Shown: positions 26,761 through 41,104, numbered from the stretch's first letter. The stretch: 64,000 nucleotides of DNA from Camelus ferus (GCF_009834535.1 NC_045697.1:19656001-19720000); one strand, 5' to 3'. Made by a program: numbers and translations. Notes: generated from the letters alone by a model not told the origin.

Positions 26761-29700
26761 CAGCCAGCAATTTGCAGTAATAACTAACATTTATTGTATG
26801 AACTGTTTTACACGTTCAACCAAAATGACTCTGTGGAGCAGGCTCTATTGTTATCTCAACCATATTAAACTGAGAAGTAATGCAACTTGCCTAATCTAAC
26901 TGCTAGTAAGTAGAGCAGATCGGGTGTTGAGATTTTGACCCATGCAATCTACTATTGCACATTATTTCATTTGACATATGCAGATATTGGCTGAATATGG
27001 TATTACCACAAAGAATGTGTGAAGTGCTACATAAAATTACCTCCAAGATAGTAAATAAAATATAAATAGATTTAATGTATACAAAAACTGTATTATAAAG
27101 TATTAGTCTAATTTTTGAATTTAAAATTAGATTATAGATATAAAAAAGCAATTAGTTGTAACTGTTATTCAAATTCTAAGTTAATTTTCTTCAATCACTA
27201 GTGTAGATTAGTATATACTTTTATAAATTATTTATGATCATTTCATTATCATTTTAGATTATGGAAAATATGATGTGACAATTTTAAACTTAAATTTGCT
27301 TTCAAATAAACTTTGAATTTTTTAATTTATAGTCATTTGATAGAAATATTACATAAGTGATACGTGACTTAGTAATCATCTCTGTGTTTACATAAAAGAC
27401 ATCTCTAGATCCTTGACAGTCATCTATTTTCAAAAATCGGATATTCTGAGTTAGGACTCTAACAGCAAGCCCATATCCCTTTGTTTCAAGTGGAGAAAAA
27501 AAATATATAATGCATTTAAGCATCCACTAAAGCCTCTAATCAACACCCTAAAATATAGCTAAAACACAAGAAACCAGTGCTTATATATGTAACAAACTGT
27601 TATCTTAAGATACAAAATTCTTAAAATGCTTTCTGATCACCAATTAATCATCTGTTAACTTTTTTCCTTACTTGTTTTGCTTCCTTCTTACAGTTTCGTT
27701 TAGCACCTTCTCAACTTCTTAGGGACTTATGAAACACCAGGCTAAAACAAGGGCTGTGTGAGAAAGGCCCTGCAGAAATACACTCAGAATGAGCGTGTGA
27801 TGACTGGGGACTGTCTTCACTAATCATGAAACTATGATGCCCAGACTCACTAACATCCAGGAGGCATATACTTTTTTAAGGCACACAGTGATCTTTTAAA
27901 ATGTCCAGATATAATTGTGTCTTTTGACCAATGGTCTGTGGAATATAACTTGAGGGTTTACCACAATCATTTTGTGTTAAAATTGTGCTGAATTTGGTGA
28001 ATAAAAATACAGACTGTCCTTATATAAACATTAGCTATATAACACATTGTTAAGATGTAGAAATTTGTCAGAAGACTGGGTTTTAAATACTAAAAGGCCT
28101 TCTACTAGGGAGATGTTTACTTGGAAGAAGTTCTCCAGAGCATGCCTGCATTTCATTTTGAAAATTATCTGGCAGATATTAACATATGTTTATGCAGAGT
28201 GTTTGTGTATCTATCCATCTAGCTGTTTGGCACGAAATAGAACCAGAGAATGCAGCAGTCATACATTTGCTGTTGTGTTCTCTTAGCTTTTTGTCCCTGT
28301 AGAGAAATGTTTTCTCCATGCGCAGTAAATTCTGGAATTGCTTCGAGAGTTTTTCAGTTGTTCCACCACAGTTTGGAGCAAAACTCTGTTTGCCCTTGTA
28401 TAAATTCAGATGAGGAAGATAATCTAAGATGGGCAATAAAATGGTGTGGGTAGTGTATTTCTGAGCCTAAAAATAAGAATGCCACATTTCCTCATGCTAA
28501 TGAGGCCACAGCGTCCACGTTTTGAGGATTATGGATATTTAGAACTGAGGAATTATGTGTGGTAAAAGGTGGATTCAAGTGATTTCTATTTGTTTATATA
28601 ATCTTTGCACTGTGCAGTCTCACAGCAAGGAACTCATATACCCTTTAACATCAGCAAGGAAGCAAGGCTTATAGTAAAAATCGTTCAGTAATTACAATTG
28701 ATCTTGCTTTCAAGGAGCCCAAGAAATATTATTGTACCATAAATGGAAAATATCATCACACTGACGCAAGTTTTACTTGCAGATTTGTCTGGTGCTCTAA
28801 TCTAATCCAATTAACAGTGGGTGAGTGCTTAATGCAAGCATGAACAGAGATGTGTCCTTTTTCCTCTTTCTGCTATGGGTCTTCAGTGAGGCAGAAACCC
28901 ATGGCTGGCAGTATGGATTAATTACTTGAGAACCAATGTTTCTTCAGAATCATTCCTGGCTGTAAGTCTGCACATTGAGACAGTTCTGATTATTTTTTCT
29001 TATTCTCAAAACTTGGTATTAGTGAGCAATGTTCACTGTGAAATGGGATTGAAGTAGGGTATTGATTTGTTATTTATATATTTCTGAATTCTGTGTTACT
29101 TAACTGTTTTAAAATGTGTATGTTAATTGTATATGCACATGTACATGCACACACACGTGATATATGCATTTTTATTGACACCTTGGTGAAATCACATGGT
29201 TATCCCTGACTTTTTACATTTTTATATCAGTTACTTGAACCTAATTGTGTTAGAAACATTTGCCAGTTACTGTGCTTAAAAATTAACCAAAGGCAACTTA
29301 AAGGCTCCATGAGCCTATAGAAACGTCTTAGGTTAGGTTCACTAGGTGTGATTATATAGATAACTAATTATTAAATTTAAATTTAGAAATGCTTCTATGC
29401 ATTTTCTTGTTTTCTCTAGAAATATATTTCTGAATATTTTCAAGCTGTTACTCTTACAATTATTAGAAAATAATCTGCTTTTGTCCTAATTATAACTCGT
29501 ACTTCAAATCTCAGGTTTACAAATTTTGTGGACTGAAGCAAGCTGTTATTGCTAGCTCTACTCTATTCATAACTCATTGTTTGCTAAGGTTAAAGACAGT
29601 AGCCTCAACGATGTGATCTAGTGATCAACATAAGGAAATGTTGCAGACTCATACGTTCCATATTACCGTACGATCTGTGCTCCTTGAAGAAATCACCAGA

Positions 29701-30189
29701 GTAGATGATTGGGGATTTGAGGTTTTAGAAATAACATCAGGAAGCAAAGAGAAATAGCTTATGTTAAAGAAGTCTTTTTGATGACAGTATATTATTCTAG
29801 TTTTGTAAAAGCCAAATTCTTAGGCATCTAACTTTGAGTCAGTTCATCATTTTGGTAGCATTAAGTAGCATAATGGTTCTCAAATATGATCGTAAGCCAC
29901 AACAGTGGGTTGAGAAGGACATAAGATATAATTACAGTTAGGTTCCTGGGAATTTTATATAACTTGATGATAATCTTATGAGTGTAGAGCCCCATAGTAA
30001 AAAGTAGTGAATGTGGGTCACACAGGTGACTGTTATCCCTGAGGTGTATCACATGAGGGAAAACAAGTTTGAGAAACACTTGTATAGTAGGAATGTCCCT
30101 TCTGTAAAGGCTCTTGTTTTTGTTTTTTTTCCATCCACCCATCCATCATATATATGCATTACAGAGTAGTTATTGTTTGCATGGATCAT

Positions 30190-30310
30190 ATCACAGTCCT
30201 AATTCTGCACTAAACTAACTGTGAGCTCCTTAAAGCCTCATAATCTCTCTGACCCTGTTTCCCTATCTGTGTAATGAGAGAATGCACTCAGATGATCAAG
30301 ATTCTCTGGT
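30190..30310 (+). mobile_element. MIR SINE fragment
   Basis: AATCTCTCTGACCCTGTTTCCCTATCTGTGTAATGAG. Confidence 0.65.
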
Positions 30311-31809
30311 TAGAAGGACCTTCACTTTCTGCATGATCCAATCAACTGCTTCAGCACTTTGAGAGCCTTCTTTATTTTCCTATTCTTGCTATTCTACATT
30401 AATTGTTGCCCTGAAAAAAAAAAGCTGGGTTGACAGTTTTCACTGAAAAAATTAACGCCTGCACTTTACTGCCCATGGTATTTCTAGTCTTACTAAATGT
30501 GTGTTCTAAAAGAGTTTAAAAGAAAGTCACCCTTGGAAGTGTCGTAGACAACAAGATTGGAAAGGCAGGGAAAGCTTTATATCACGTTCCTATGTTGATG
30601 CTAATAAACAAGCAGGATACATTCAAAGTAGTGAACAACCAGAAGCGTAGGCTTTGGCCAATCAGGATGGAAACCTAACCAGTTCAAGCACTATGGGCCA
30701 GTGTGCTGTCTGGATGCCTAATGGACCAAGGGCCAGCCCTAATTTCAAAAAATCTAATATTAATCTTTAAAAAAATACAAAGGATGTGGATGATTATGTT
30801 TACAGTGTAGCTTTTATATCCTGCTAAACAGTTGTATGCTGTTCTCAGTTTTCTGAAGTTATCTTCATATGTAGCCCTTATTGTTTTACACAACAATTTT
30901 TTGGTTGTGGGCATAACTTTACCCATGGGTGCCTTCTCACAAGGTGCCAAAAAGAAAACTAAACAGAAAAACTGCCCCGAACTTTGCAAACATCATCAGT
31001 GGAAATTTGATGAGTTTTTGAAATAGAACATACTATATGACGGATTGTATGCTCCCAGAATATTCATTTTTTAATTGGATGCCAGCCTATACTAGAGAAA
31101 TGACTAAAGCTTTAAGGCTTTGTGCTTCACTGTTAGTAAGTTAATAATTATTTAAAACATCTTAATAACATAGGATAGTTACTGTTCTCAGGTTCCAGAG
31201 AAAATGGGCACTAATATATTTTACTATAAAGTGCTATGTTTTTAAACTTTATTATTTTTCACCTTTTTGTTTTAAGATTTATGCCCTTTATGATGGCATT
31301 CATCAGATACATAGCCTTATTTCATGATATATAAAAATCAATATATAATTTAGAAATTGTCTTTTAATTTATTCATCAAACTCTCATGCATACTGAGAGC
31401 ATATTACTACACATTGAGGGGAAGACAAAAAGGATTTTTCCCTCTGCATTGATTCATATCTTCTCATTTCATAATGATATTTACCCTGTTAAGAAGCTAA
31501 TTCACACGTAGAGAAATAAAGCTCATCACAGTAGCCAAGACATAAGAGAAAAATCCTAATGAAGCTTGAATCAGAAGGTGTTTGAGGGTGAATGCTTAAA
31601 ATGATTTAAAGTTTTAAAATATAAACTGCAATTGATGCTACGATTTTCAAACATGCTAGGTTTTACAGGTTTTTCACACCTTGAGCAGTTTGAGCAAATG
31701 ACCAATTCAGAGACTTAAAGTATTGAATTCCTATTATGGGCAATGAAGCTAAACCTTGTATGTAGTGTGTCTCTGTACTTTTCCAGGGGTTATTTACTGG
31801 GTCATCTAG

Positions 31810-31990
31810 ACCATGGGTTTTCAAAAGCCAGCCCTCAAGCTGGAGGCATGAGAATAACTTGGGTTATTTATTAAAAATCCTGAACCCCACTCAAAATTGA
31901 CTGGCTCAAAATCTTCCAGGGTAGGTTCTGGATATTAAAAATTTTAAGAAGACCTCCAGGTAATGCTGTTCTAGGTGCATTGCAGCATGA
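31810..31990. mobile_element. MER5-like hAT-Charlie DNA transposon relic
   Basis: GCATGAGAATAACTTGGG...TTTTAAGAAGACCTCCAGGTAAT. Confidence 0.6.
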
Positions 31991-32969
31991 TTTTCAGAAA
32001 GTCTCTCATGATGTATTTCAGCCTTGCTTTGATATTTGATAAGAGAAAAAGGGAGAGGCAGAGAGTGACAAAATTGCTTTCTCTTAATGCGTATACAGTG
32101 CATAGACACAGTGCACAAAGCTTCCTGCCAAATGTGCTTCCCTCAGAACTCTGTGCCATTACTCCTCCTAGCCATCATTTGTTACCTTTTGGTGAACTCA
32201 TTCTGTGATTTGAGGGGACATAGATGCCCCAAACTTGTGTGAATAATAGCTTTAGAAGTTTTTAGCTGTTTTTCTATTTGTTGGAGGAGCAAAATTACTC
32301 AGACCCCTTGACTACTTTTTGCTTGACAGAATGACACAATAAAGAAGATTGATATCAAAGTCTTTTAGATAATTGTGCAGGGAGAAGCTTCAGGAGTTAT
32401 ACATTAGCTCAACTATATTTGTCAACAGTTAAGTGGTCCACAAGAAGTCATTTAAAGCAAATGACTCTAAATTTACTTTAACATCAATGTTGATAATAGC
32501 ATTAAGCACTGGCTTAGCTTAGCACCATGAATAGGCTTTAAATCTTACATAGTACATGACTGTTAATCACAGCAAAGAAATTTGGAGAAGAGATAAAGAG
32601 TGAAGGGTTCAATTTATTTTGACTCTAATATATGCAGACTCAGAGTCAGAGACCGAAATAATTTGCTATAAAAGAAAAACACTATCAGAAGTCTTCAATT
32701 CTACTTCGGTGAACTCCTCACAAATGGTAAATCCATTTTTTTCTGGAGATTCCATCCAAAAATTTGCCATTTTCTTTCTCCTATGCCTTAGCTTTGCAGG
32801 CTAGTACCCTACATGAGGAATAGGTGGAATTATACCGAGTTTTTGCACTCGTGACTATCGTTTTACTTTTTATCATTCCTGGAATATAATTAGTTAGTAA
32901 AAAAGCAAAAAGATTTCATTTTCAAATAATTCTTTTCTGTCTCTTTTAAGTCTTTGGACTATAACTAGA

Positions 32970-33422
32970 CTTGGAGTACTACTCAGCCATAAGAAAGAAT
33001 GTAATGCTGCCATTTGCAACAATATGGATGGACCTGGAGGGTATTATGCTTAGTGAAATAAATCAGAGAAAGACAAATACTTTATAATATCACTTATATG
33101 TGGAATCTAGAAAATAAATGAAGGAATATGAAAAAACAGAAACAGACTCACAGATGTAGAAAAAAAAGAAAAAACTAGTGATTACCAGTGCAGAGTGGGA
33201 AGAAGGGAGGGGCATGATAAATACAGGGGATTAAGAGGTTCAGTCTACTATGTATAAAATAAATAAGCTACAGGATATATTGTACAGCACAGGGAATACA
33301 GCCAATATTTTATAATAACTATAAATGAAGTATAATCTATAAAAATTTTAAATCACTATGTTTACACCTGAAACTAATATAATATTGTTAATCAACTATA
33401 CATCAATAAAAATAATCATTTA
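32970..33422 (+). mobile_element. LINE-1 3' end (laurasiatherian L1MA-type)
   Basis: GAGTACTACTCAGCCATAAGAAAGAATG...ATGGATGGACCTGGAGGGTATTATGCTTAGTGAAATAA...CAACTATACATCAATAAAAA. Confidence 0.92.
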
Positions 33423-34129
33423 AAAACTTTAAATTCAGTTAAATACATAAAGAAAAGCATGAAGTTATCAAAATATTTTGGGATGTTATTTAGGGCTGAC
33501 ATTTTAGTTAATGTTTTTACCTTCTTTCTATATACAAATGTATTTTTGATTTTCAATAGCATGAGAATAAGTAATTATATATTTTAATTGTTGGAAAACA
33601 ACATATTCTTTAGAATAAAATATATGTGGGTCTTACGCTTACTAATGCTAGAGTTAGGTCAATTACTAAATCAGCCTTTATAACCTCTTGTGTAGTGTAG
33701 TTGTGTACTAATCACTTAGTATCTTTCTCATAGAATTGTTGTGTGAGTTAGCTAAGCAAGGGCTTATCACAGGATCACATATGATAACCAACAATTAAAA
33801 GTGTGTTGCTATCATCATCACTGTCATCATCATCTCTGTCATCATCATCATTATTACATTAATTAAAGGATGAGAATTTTAATTCTACCTCTTATGTCAG
33901 TATATCTTAGAAATATTAGTGGTGGCAGACCAGCCAGTTTTCCTGTTAGAATCTATTCACCTGAAGTTCAGCCTGAATTGAAAACCAAATTAGCAGAGCC
34001 ATAGTTCTGCCATGAACTAGCTTTGTGATTTTGGTCATGACATCAAGTCTCTAGGTTTCCAGTCTCATGTAGATAAAATGCAAGAATTTTAATAGATTAA
34101 TCCCAAGCCTTTATTAATTATGATACCAA

Positions 34130-34990
34130 TTTATGTTGTTCATTGTGTCTTCTAAATGTGACTTCTGTAAACACACCCTGATCAACACATCCAGGTCAGT
34201 ATCATTTCTTTCCTGAAGTCTTACAGGAGCTTCCTGCCGAGTTTTCCTTCTTCTGCCTTGGCATCTGATTAACCCACAATCTTTATAGCAGCCCAAATGG
34301 CATTTTGAAAATGGAAATCTTAACATGCTATTCTACTGCTTTCAACCACCCATGCAGTAGGAATAAAATTTAAATGTCTTATCACTGTCTACAGTGTTCT
34401 GATAAACCCGACCTCTAGCTTTCACTACCGTCTTGTCCAGAGTCGCTGTCCCATTGTTATCCAGGGTCCAATTACATACATGGATGTTGTCCCTCTTACT
34501 CAAATAGTCCAAGTTCTTTTCCAACTCAAGACCTTTCAAATTCAAATCTTCCAACAAAAACACACTTTTGCTGATTCATATTTGACTATTTCTTTTCTTA
34601 CTCATCCTGATCTGAACTTAAATACTGTCGCCCTTAAAGGGGCATTCCAAACCACTTTATCTAAAGAACTGCCCTCTACTACTGCTGGCCGCCACAATTT
34701 GTTTGAATTTTAGGTCCCTATTAGCTGGAATAAAAACTTGAACTGATTTTAAATATTTTATTGGTTTGTTCATTGAAAAAACTTTTTAAAAACTTAAACT
34801 AATTTTAGATATTTTATTGGTTTTTTCATTGATTTTCATTTCTCGGCATCTAGATAGTTTAGTTGTAAGAAAGGAGGGATGCTCTTAGTCCAGATATCTT
34901 TTCTGTTCCCACTGTCTAGAATGGTGACTGGTGATAGAAGATGTTATTTAACATTTATTTAAATTAATCAATTATTTCAATATTTGCTGA
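34130..34990 (+). mobile_element. L2 LINE 3' region
   Basis: TCATTTCTTTCCTGAAG, TTTTGAAAATGGAAATCTTAACATG, CCACTTTATCTAAAG, GTCTAGAATGGTGACTGG. Confidence 0.7.
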
Positions 34991-36039
34991 TTATATGAGT
35001 ACAAATAAAAATGTAGATGAATGCATGGGTAAATAAGTGAATAAATTAATATATATTTGCATACTCTGAAATTTAGTAATACCCATCACTGTCATTTAAT
35101 TTGGTTCTGACAGGCTCTTTCTTTCAACATAAACACAACTTTCTAAGGTACCAGATGGCTGGGGGCAAGAAAGAGACTATGGCTGTTCTACATTTTCCAG
35201 AGGGTGGATGTCAGTAGTGTTGTAATTGTTTATTACTCAAATGGGAATTTTCCAATAAATACTGATGTTATAGGGGAAGAAAAGACTTGGTGATCTGACC
35301 ACTATTTTGGATTCATCAAACATCAAACAATCTCAAAAGTTTGGGACTGGATGTAACACTAAATGCATTTTGCCAGCTATTGTCAACTTTTAGCTAAAAA
35401 TCCATTTCAAGTCAGAAACTTTATGTCCTTTTCTCTCAGGTCAGCTGGACACACAGGCTCAACTTAACCTATGTATTGCAGCTGACCTTCCCTGACCACC
35501 CTGTTGCTCACTGCTGCCCTCTGTTGTATATAGTTTTACTAGGAGAGTTAAATATTTACCTGATTGTGTAGATGAGACAGAAGTTCCAAACTATGATTGA
35601 TAGTACGTAACCTTTGCTTATGTAGAAAGCATTATTTGTGCCCTTGAAAAAAAAAATGAATGTCCTGTCAGGTGGCAAGGACTATTCGCTGTATTAAGAC
35701 TTCATAATGTCCTGTTTCCTAACAATGTCTTTCATGTCCCTAAAGAGGGGAGTGTATAACCATTTGTTCCTCTTAAATTTTAACTCAAAACATGCTTACA
35801 CGTGAGACTTCAAATACAGGCAACATAAGTAATGCCCAGTCAATTAATTGCAAAGAAGTTCTAGAATAACCAAATACACTTCATGGCGTGGCTCACATGG
35901 CGTCAACAGGAGGGGAGATGTTCAGTTCTGAGCTTCTACTGCATGCAAGATATTTTGCCATGTTCTTTGCTTATGTTAAAATACCAAGTCTTATTAGACT
36001 TTGAGTCCCATATGGGTGAGACGTATTGCTAGTATCTGT

Positions 36040-36190
36040 TAAGGTGTCTGATGCAATTATGGGATGCAGATGTGGTAATCTCATTTTACAGATGGGAAAA
36101 CTGAGCTTTACAAGTTTAATACTGTGCTCAAGGTCAGGATCCTGGAAAATGGGTCTGACTGAATCAGAAGTTCATTCTTCTTCCAGTATG
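36040..36190 (-). mobile_element. MIR SINE
   Basis: CTCATTTTACAGATGGGAAAACTGAG...GCTCAAGGTCA. Confidence 0.8.
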
Positions 36191-37289
36191 TAACCTGATG
36201 GCAAAACCTAGAAGAATTTATGTTTAAAACTATTTATGGAATATAAAATAAAAACCACTGCTGGCTAAGCATCAGCTGGCTTGGAAAACCACTTTGAGTG
36301 GTAATCTGCAGCTGACGACTTTCTGCAGGAATGTCACAGTCTTGCTTTTTATGTGTTAGTAATTCTGTCACAGGTCAGTCATTAGCCCTTGAGATGTGTC
36401 AGACATACTGTTCTCTACAAGGATAGAGCTAAATGAAGCAGTCTCTATCCTCATCAGAATCCCAGTTCTCTTCTTTAATTTTTTGATGTTTAATATGTTT
36501 AAGGAGAATTCTCTTAATGTCATTAATCCAAAAATTTTAAATATTGTGAGTTTCCAACACCTGTATAGCTAATTTTTACTGAAATTTGTATAGTGACAAT
36601 TAAAAAATAAAGTTTTTATCCCTCAAAATAAAAATAGTGTATCACCGCTCCAACCAGGCTTAAAAATTTCTATGAAAGAACTAGCAAGGAAAAAAATATA
36701 TATATATTTTACATAAATATGCATATGTAGTTATTCATATATATGAATAGACAGAGGTAGAGATACAGAGAGAGGCCAGATGAGATATTAGTCACTATTT
36801 GCTCCAAATACTCTTTCTTTTGAGAAAAACTGGTAGGTGATTTAATGATTCAGTGAGTAAAGCATGCTTTCATTTGTCTTAGGCTGGTACATTATATTCC
36901 CTAAAGTGTAATGGTAATATGTGCTCACTTTAATCATTTCTATTTTGGATACTATTATTTTATAAGAATATCTTTCACATGTTAACATCTTTCTATTCTA
37001 GCAGATCTGCTCTTGAAAATAGAAGCATTTACTGTCACTTTTCCTCCAATTAACATTGAGTTAAAATGCTAGAATGCTATGACATATTGTATGATGAAGG
37101 AAAGAAAAAAAATAGCTAATTGGTCCCAAATCACTGCAAATGCAATTAAATGCCAAAGGTCTTCCTGAATAACAATTGAATAGTATCCCATCCAAGATCT
37201 GACATGTAGTAGACACATGGCCCATGTGGTACTTCTTTGTCCTTAACCTACCTCAAAGCATAAAGAAGTTTTATTTCTTTATTTTACAT

Positions 37290-37480
37290 CCCTGTTGCAC
37301 CACTTACTAGCTATGTGATCTTGAGTAGTTTGGTAAATCATCTCTGAGCATAAATTCCTTATGTGCTCTGATGGATTATTATCTGGCTTAGTGACTCACA
37401 GGATTGTTTTGAGAATTGAAGGGGATTATTGTAAAAGTATTTTATAAGCTCTAACATCACATTTAAGTAGATGCTATTAT
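37290..37480 (+). mobile_element. MIR SINE
   Basis: CCACTTACTAGCTATGTGATCTTGAG...CTCACAGGATTGTTTTGAGAATT. Confidence 0.8.
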
Positions 37481-37731
37481 TTTGCCAGTAATTTCTGAGA
37501 AGAAAATGTGATATAGTATGAATATCACAAGTCTAGGAGGCTTATTTACTATAAAGCCATCAGCAATTTATTAAGCTCTTGATCTTTAGTTTCCATGCTC
37601 TGGGTACTGTGGGTCTCTTCAGGAATATCCTGTGCCATTCTGTCTCACTGAGATTTAGCCACTCTGTCCTTGGTTTAGTTCCTCCAAGCTACTGAGCTAT
37701 GCCTTGCCTCAGGGCCTCTGCACATATTTTT

Positions 37732-38540
37732 CACATAAATGATATCATATGGTATTTTTATTTCTTTTTGTGGCTTGCTTCACTTAGAATAACAATCTCC
37801 AGGTCCATCCATGTTGCAGCAAATGGCATTATTTTATTATTTTTTTATGGCTGAGTAGTATTCCGTTGTATAAATATATTACAACTTCTTTATCCAGTCA
37901 TCTGTCAGTGGACATTTATGTTGCTTCTGTGTCTTGGCTATTGTATGTAGTGCTGCTATGAACATTGGGGTGCATGTATCTTTTCGAATTAAAGTTTCCT
38001 CTGGATATATGCCTAGGAGGGGGATTGCTGGATCATATGGTAAGTCTATTTTTAGTTTTTTTAGGAATCTACATACTATTTTCCATAATGGCTGCACCAA
38101 ACTATATTTCCACCAACAGTAGTGTAAAAGGGTTTCCTTTTCTCCACACCCTCTCCAGGATTTATTGTTTGTGGACTTTTTAATGATGGCTGTTCTGACT
38201 GGTGTGAGCTGATACTTCATAGTAGTTTTGATTTGCATTTCTCTGATACTTAGCAATATTGAGCATTATTTTTGTGTGCCTATTGGCCATTTGTATGTAT
38301 TCATTGGAGAATAGTTTGGGTCTTCTGCCCATTTTTGGATTGGATTTTTTTTATTATTAAGTTGTATGAGCTGTTTATATATTCTGGAAATTAAGCCCTT
38401 GTCAGTCTCATCTTTTGCAAATATTTTCTCCCATTCTGTAGATTGTCTTTTTGTTTTGCTTATGATTTCCTTTGCTGTACAAAAGCTTGTAAGCTTAATT
38501 AGGTCCCATATGTTTAGTTTTGCTTTTATTTCTACTACCC
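37732..38540 (-). mobile_element. Relatively young LINE-1 ORF2 C-terminal fragment (antisense), frameshifted
   Basis: ORFs 38266-38556 ([14 protein letters not shown]...EWEKIFA) and 37879-38256 (REMQIKTT...[14 protein letters not shown]...[11 protein letters not shown]) are clear L1 ORF2p. Confidence 0.95.
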
Positions 38541-41001
38541 AGGCACATCTTAACAATGACTATGCTTTGAATAATTAGAGGGAAGGCTGCAATTCTGTTG
38601 GATCAGGAATGCTAGATTTAGGACCTTCAATGTGATCTAAAATACAATAGATTGAGGAACCACTGTATTTCAGGATTATTTCAGGTTTCAGCTATGGAAA
38701 GCCTAAACTATCTGGTTTAGTAGATAATGGCACACAAGACAGAACAGCTCAGGCAGTCTTTAGTTTTCAAGAGAACTTGATCAATGTCTCTAAGATGCCA
38801 ACCAATTTCATTTTACAGCTCTGTTTCCTCTGATACAACTGAATCCTTACATAATGATCCCTTGGAATTTCCAAGCTCTTGCTACTGGAATGCAGCTGTT
38901 TTAAGTCTCACAAACTTGAATAACCAACTCCAGTGGGATTGTGAGAGTATTAGCCCAGTGTTTCCAGAAAAAGTGCTAAGATTCTCTCTGATTACATAGA
39001 CCTGTGTCCCATGCCCACATCTCTAAAACTTTAAACTGTGCTAATTGGCTTTCTCCTGAAGCTAAATCCTGAAGTTCCCCACTTGATTCATCCTATTTAA
39101 ATCACTTGGGCAGAAAACAAGAGGTGACCGCAGTGTGCCTGTTATCAAATCACTTAAACGGTCCATAACATGAAGAGAAAAATGATCCGTCAAAATTTAT
39201 GACTGCCTTCTGCTGAATAGTGGCTTGGAGAGGAAAGAGGAATCAATCGAGATCCCCATCAGTTTGTACGGGGCCGAGAATTTTCCAGTTTGGACAAATT
39301 CTACAGCACTTGCAAACACTTTGGTATAACTGAAGACCACAAGACAGACATTTCAGGGAATCCTGAATATCGTTTTGACCATTATTATTCCCATTTGAAA
39401 AGATAAAATATCCATGCCACCCCAGAGGCCTCCAAGCTAAAGATCAGTTGTTTCCTGGGATGATTTACACATGGAAAAAAATCCATCAACTTAACACTCT
39501 GACATACTACTCACTGAAGGCTTGCCAAAAGCTGAGCAGGCTCTTCCTTTGCTGTGGAGTTGCAGAAACATGAAAATCAAGAATGAAGCAATAAAATAAA
39601 CTGCATGGGGAATGATTATTTTTAAAAAGAGAAACAGGCTCAGGTTTATATATTATTCATCAAAGATTATGTATATAAAACTCTGAAAACACTAATATCC
39701 TGTATAAAACTGAAATTTAGTGACCCCATACTGTATTCCAGATTATGCACTAAATGTTTTAATGATTGAATCCTCATAGCGATGGTATCATTCTCTTCAT
39801 TTCTCATGAGCAACTAGTCAAGCCATGTGGCTAGTAAGTGGTAGAACAAAGACTGAGCCCCTTTTGTCCTGTATTAGTCCCAGTGTCTGCACGATTTGTC
39901 AAGGAAACACAGAATGTTATCACAGAATAAAGTGATGAAGTATGTGGAGTGAATTTAATTTCTAAAAGCTTGCAAATAAAATATTTTGATCTGAGTTCTG
40001 AAAACAGATTGATACAGGTTTAGGTGGGAAGGAGAGGGGAACTATCATAGGCCATCTTAATTACCTGAAAGAAGCAATTACTCCAGTTTCTCTAATATCT
40101 TTATTAAAAAATCATCCCCTTGGGTACATGTTTGCCATTAAAGGCCTTATGCACTAGTGCTTAATACATATTTGTTGAATAAAAGTAACATTCAAAATGG
40201 GATTAGCTATTCACTAGAAACTCATTTTTATTGTAGTCCACCTGGTATGGGATTAGCTAAATTTTTAGAATTAATTTAAAGTAACTCTCTAGATTCTTTG
40301 GTAAAATTTAATGTTGTTGAGTTCATAAGTTACTGAAATAATTAGGAAACTAAAAGTTACCTCACAAACTTTTGTTAAACAAAGCTATTTTATTGTTCAA
40401 ATCCCAAAACCACTTATTTATAATTTTTAGTACAAAGAAGATCTTATATTAACCATAGGATTACAGTAAAATATATTTTTAGTTGGAAAACAATTTTAAA
40501 ATAATAATTTTTTCATACATGTACTTTTAAACCAGAAAAAATTTAATATTGTTTTTCAACAATATTGTACTTTCTCTTCCTGCTGATGAAAAAGTCGAAA
40601 GCACATCAGGATCCCTCTGTAGAAATCAGTAGCTATGTGCATTGTTATCCATCTTTTTCATTACTGTAGGCTTGTTGTTGTTGTTGTTTTGCACTTTACA
40701 TGGACTTAATAGACAAACCTAGTGTGAGTTTGCAGCATTTGTCTTTGCAGTGAAGATAATTTCTTAATGTCCTGCCTCCTCCTCTTTCTCCCTTTTACTT
40801 CTATCAGAATAATTTGGGAACCCTAATTTCCCTCCTGGCTTCAAGTTCAGTCTTTTTGTTGTTGTTGATAAATCCCAGCATTTTATACATTACTTCCAGT
40901 GGAAGATCTCTGATAACGAATGCACAACAGGCTTCTTAAAGTAATTCTGATGAACGGACTCAGTGCTATTTTTTCCCAAACAAACCGAGTTCTTGTCTTA
41001 C

Positions 41002-41104
41002 CCATGAAATTGCTTTGCTATGCATTTTATTAGGCTCGAAGTCTTAATACTCTTTCTCTTGCTGTGAAATGAAGAGAATATAGGTCTCTGGATAAACTTA
41101 TCTG
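41002..41104 (-). other. Candidate exon, 103 nt
   Basis: Acceptor catttctatgttgccttcctag| (tandem NAGNAG) and donor TGG|gtaaga. Confidence 0.35.

Noticed and set aside
37879..38556. ORFs with real protein similarity
   Set aside because: Frameshifted, truncated L1 ORF2p remnants, not a host gene.
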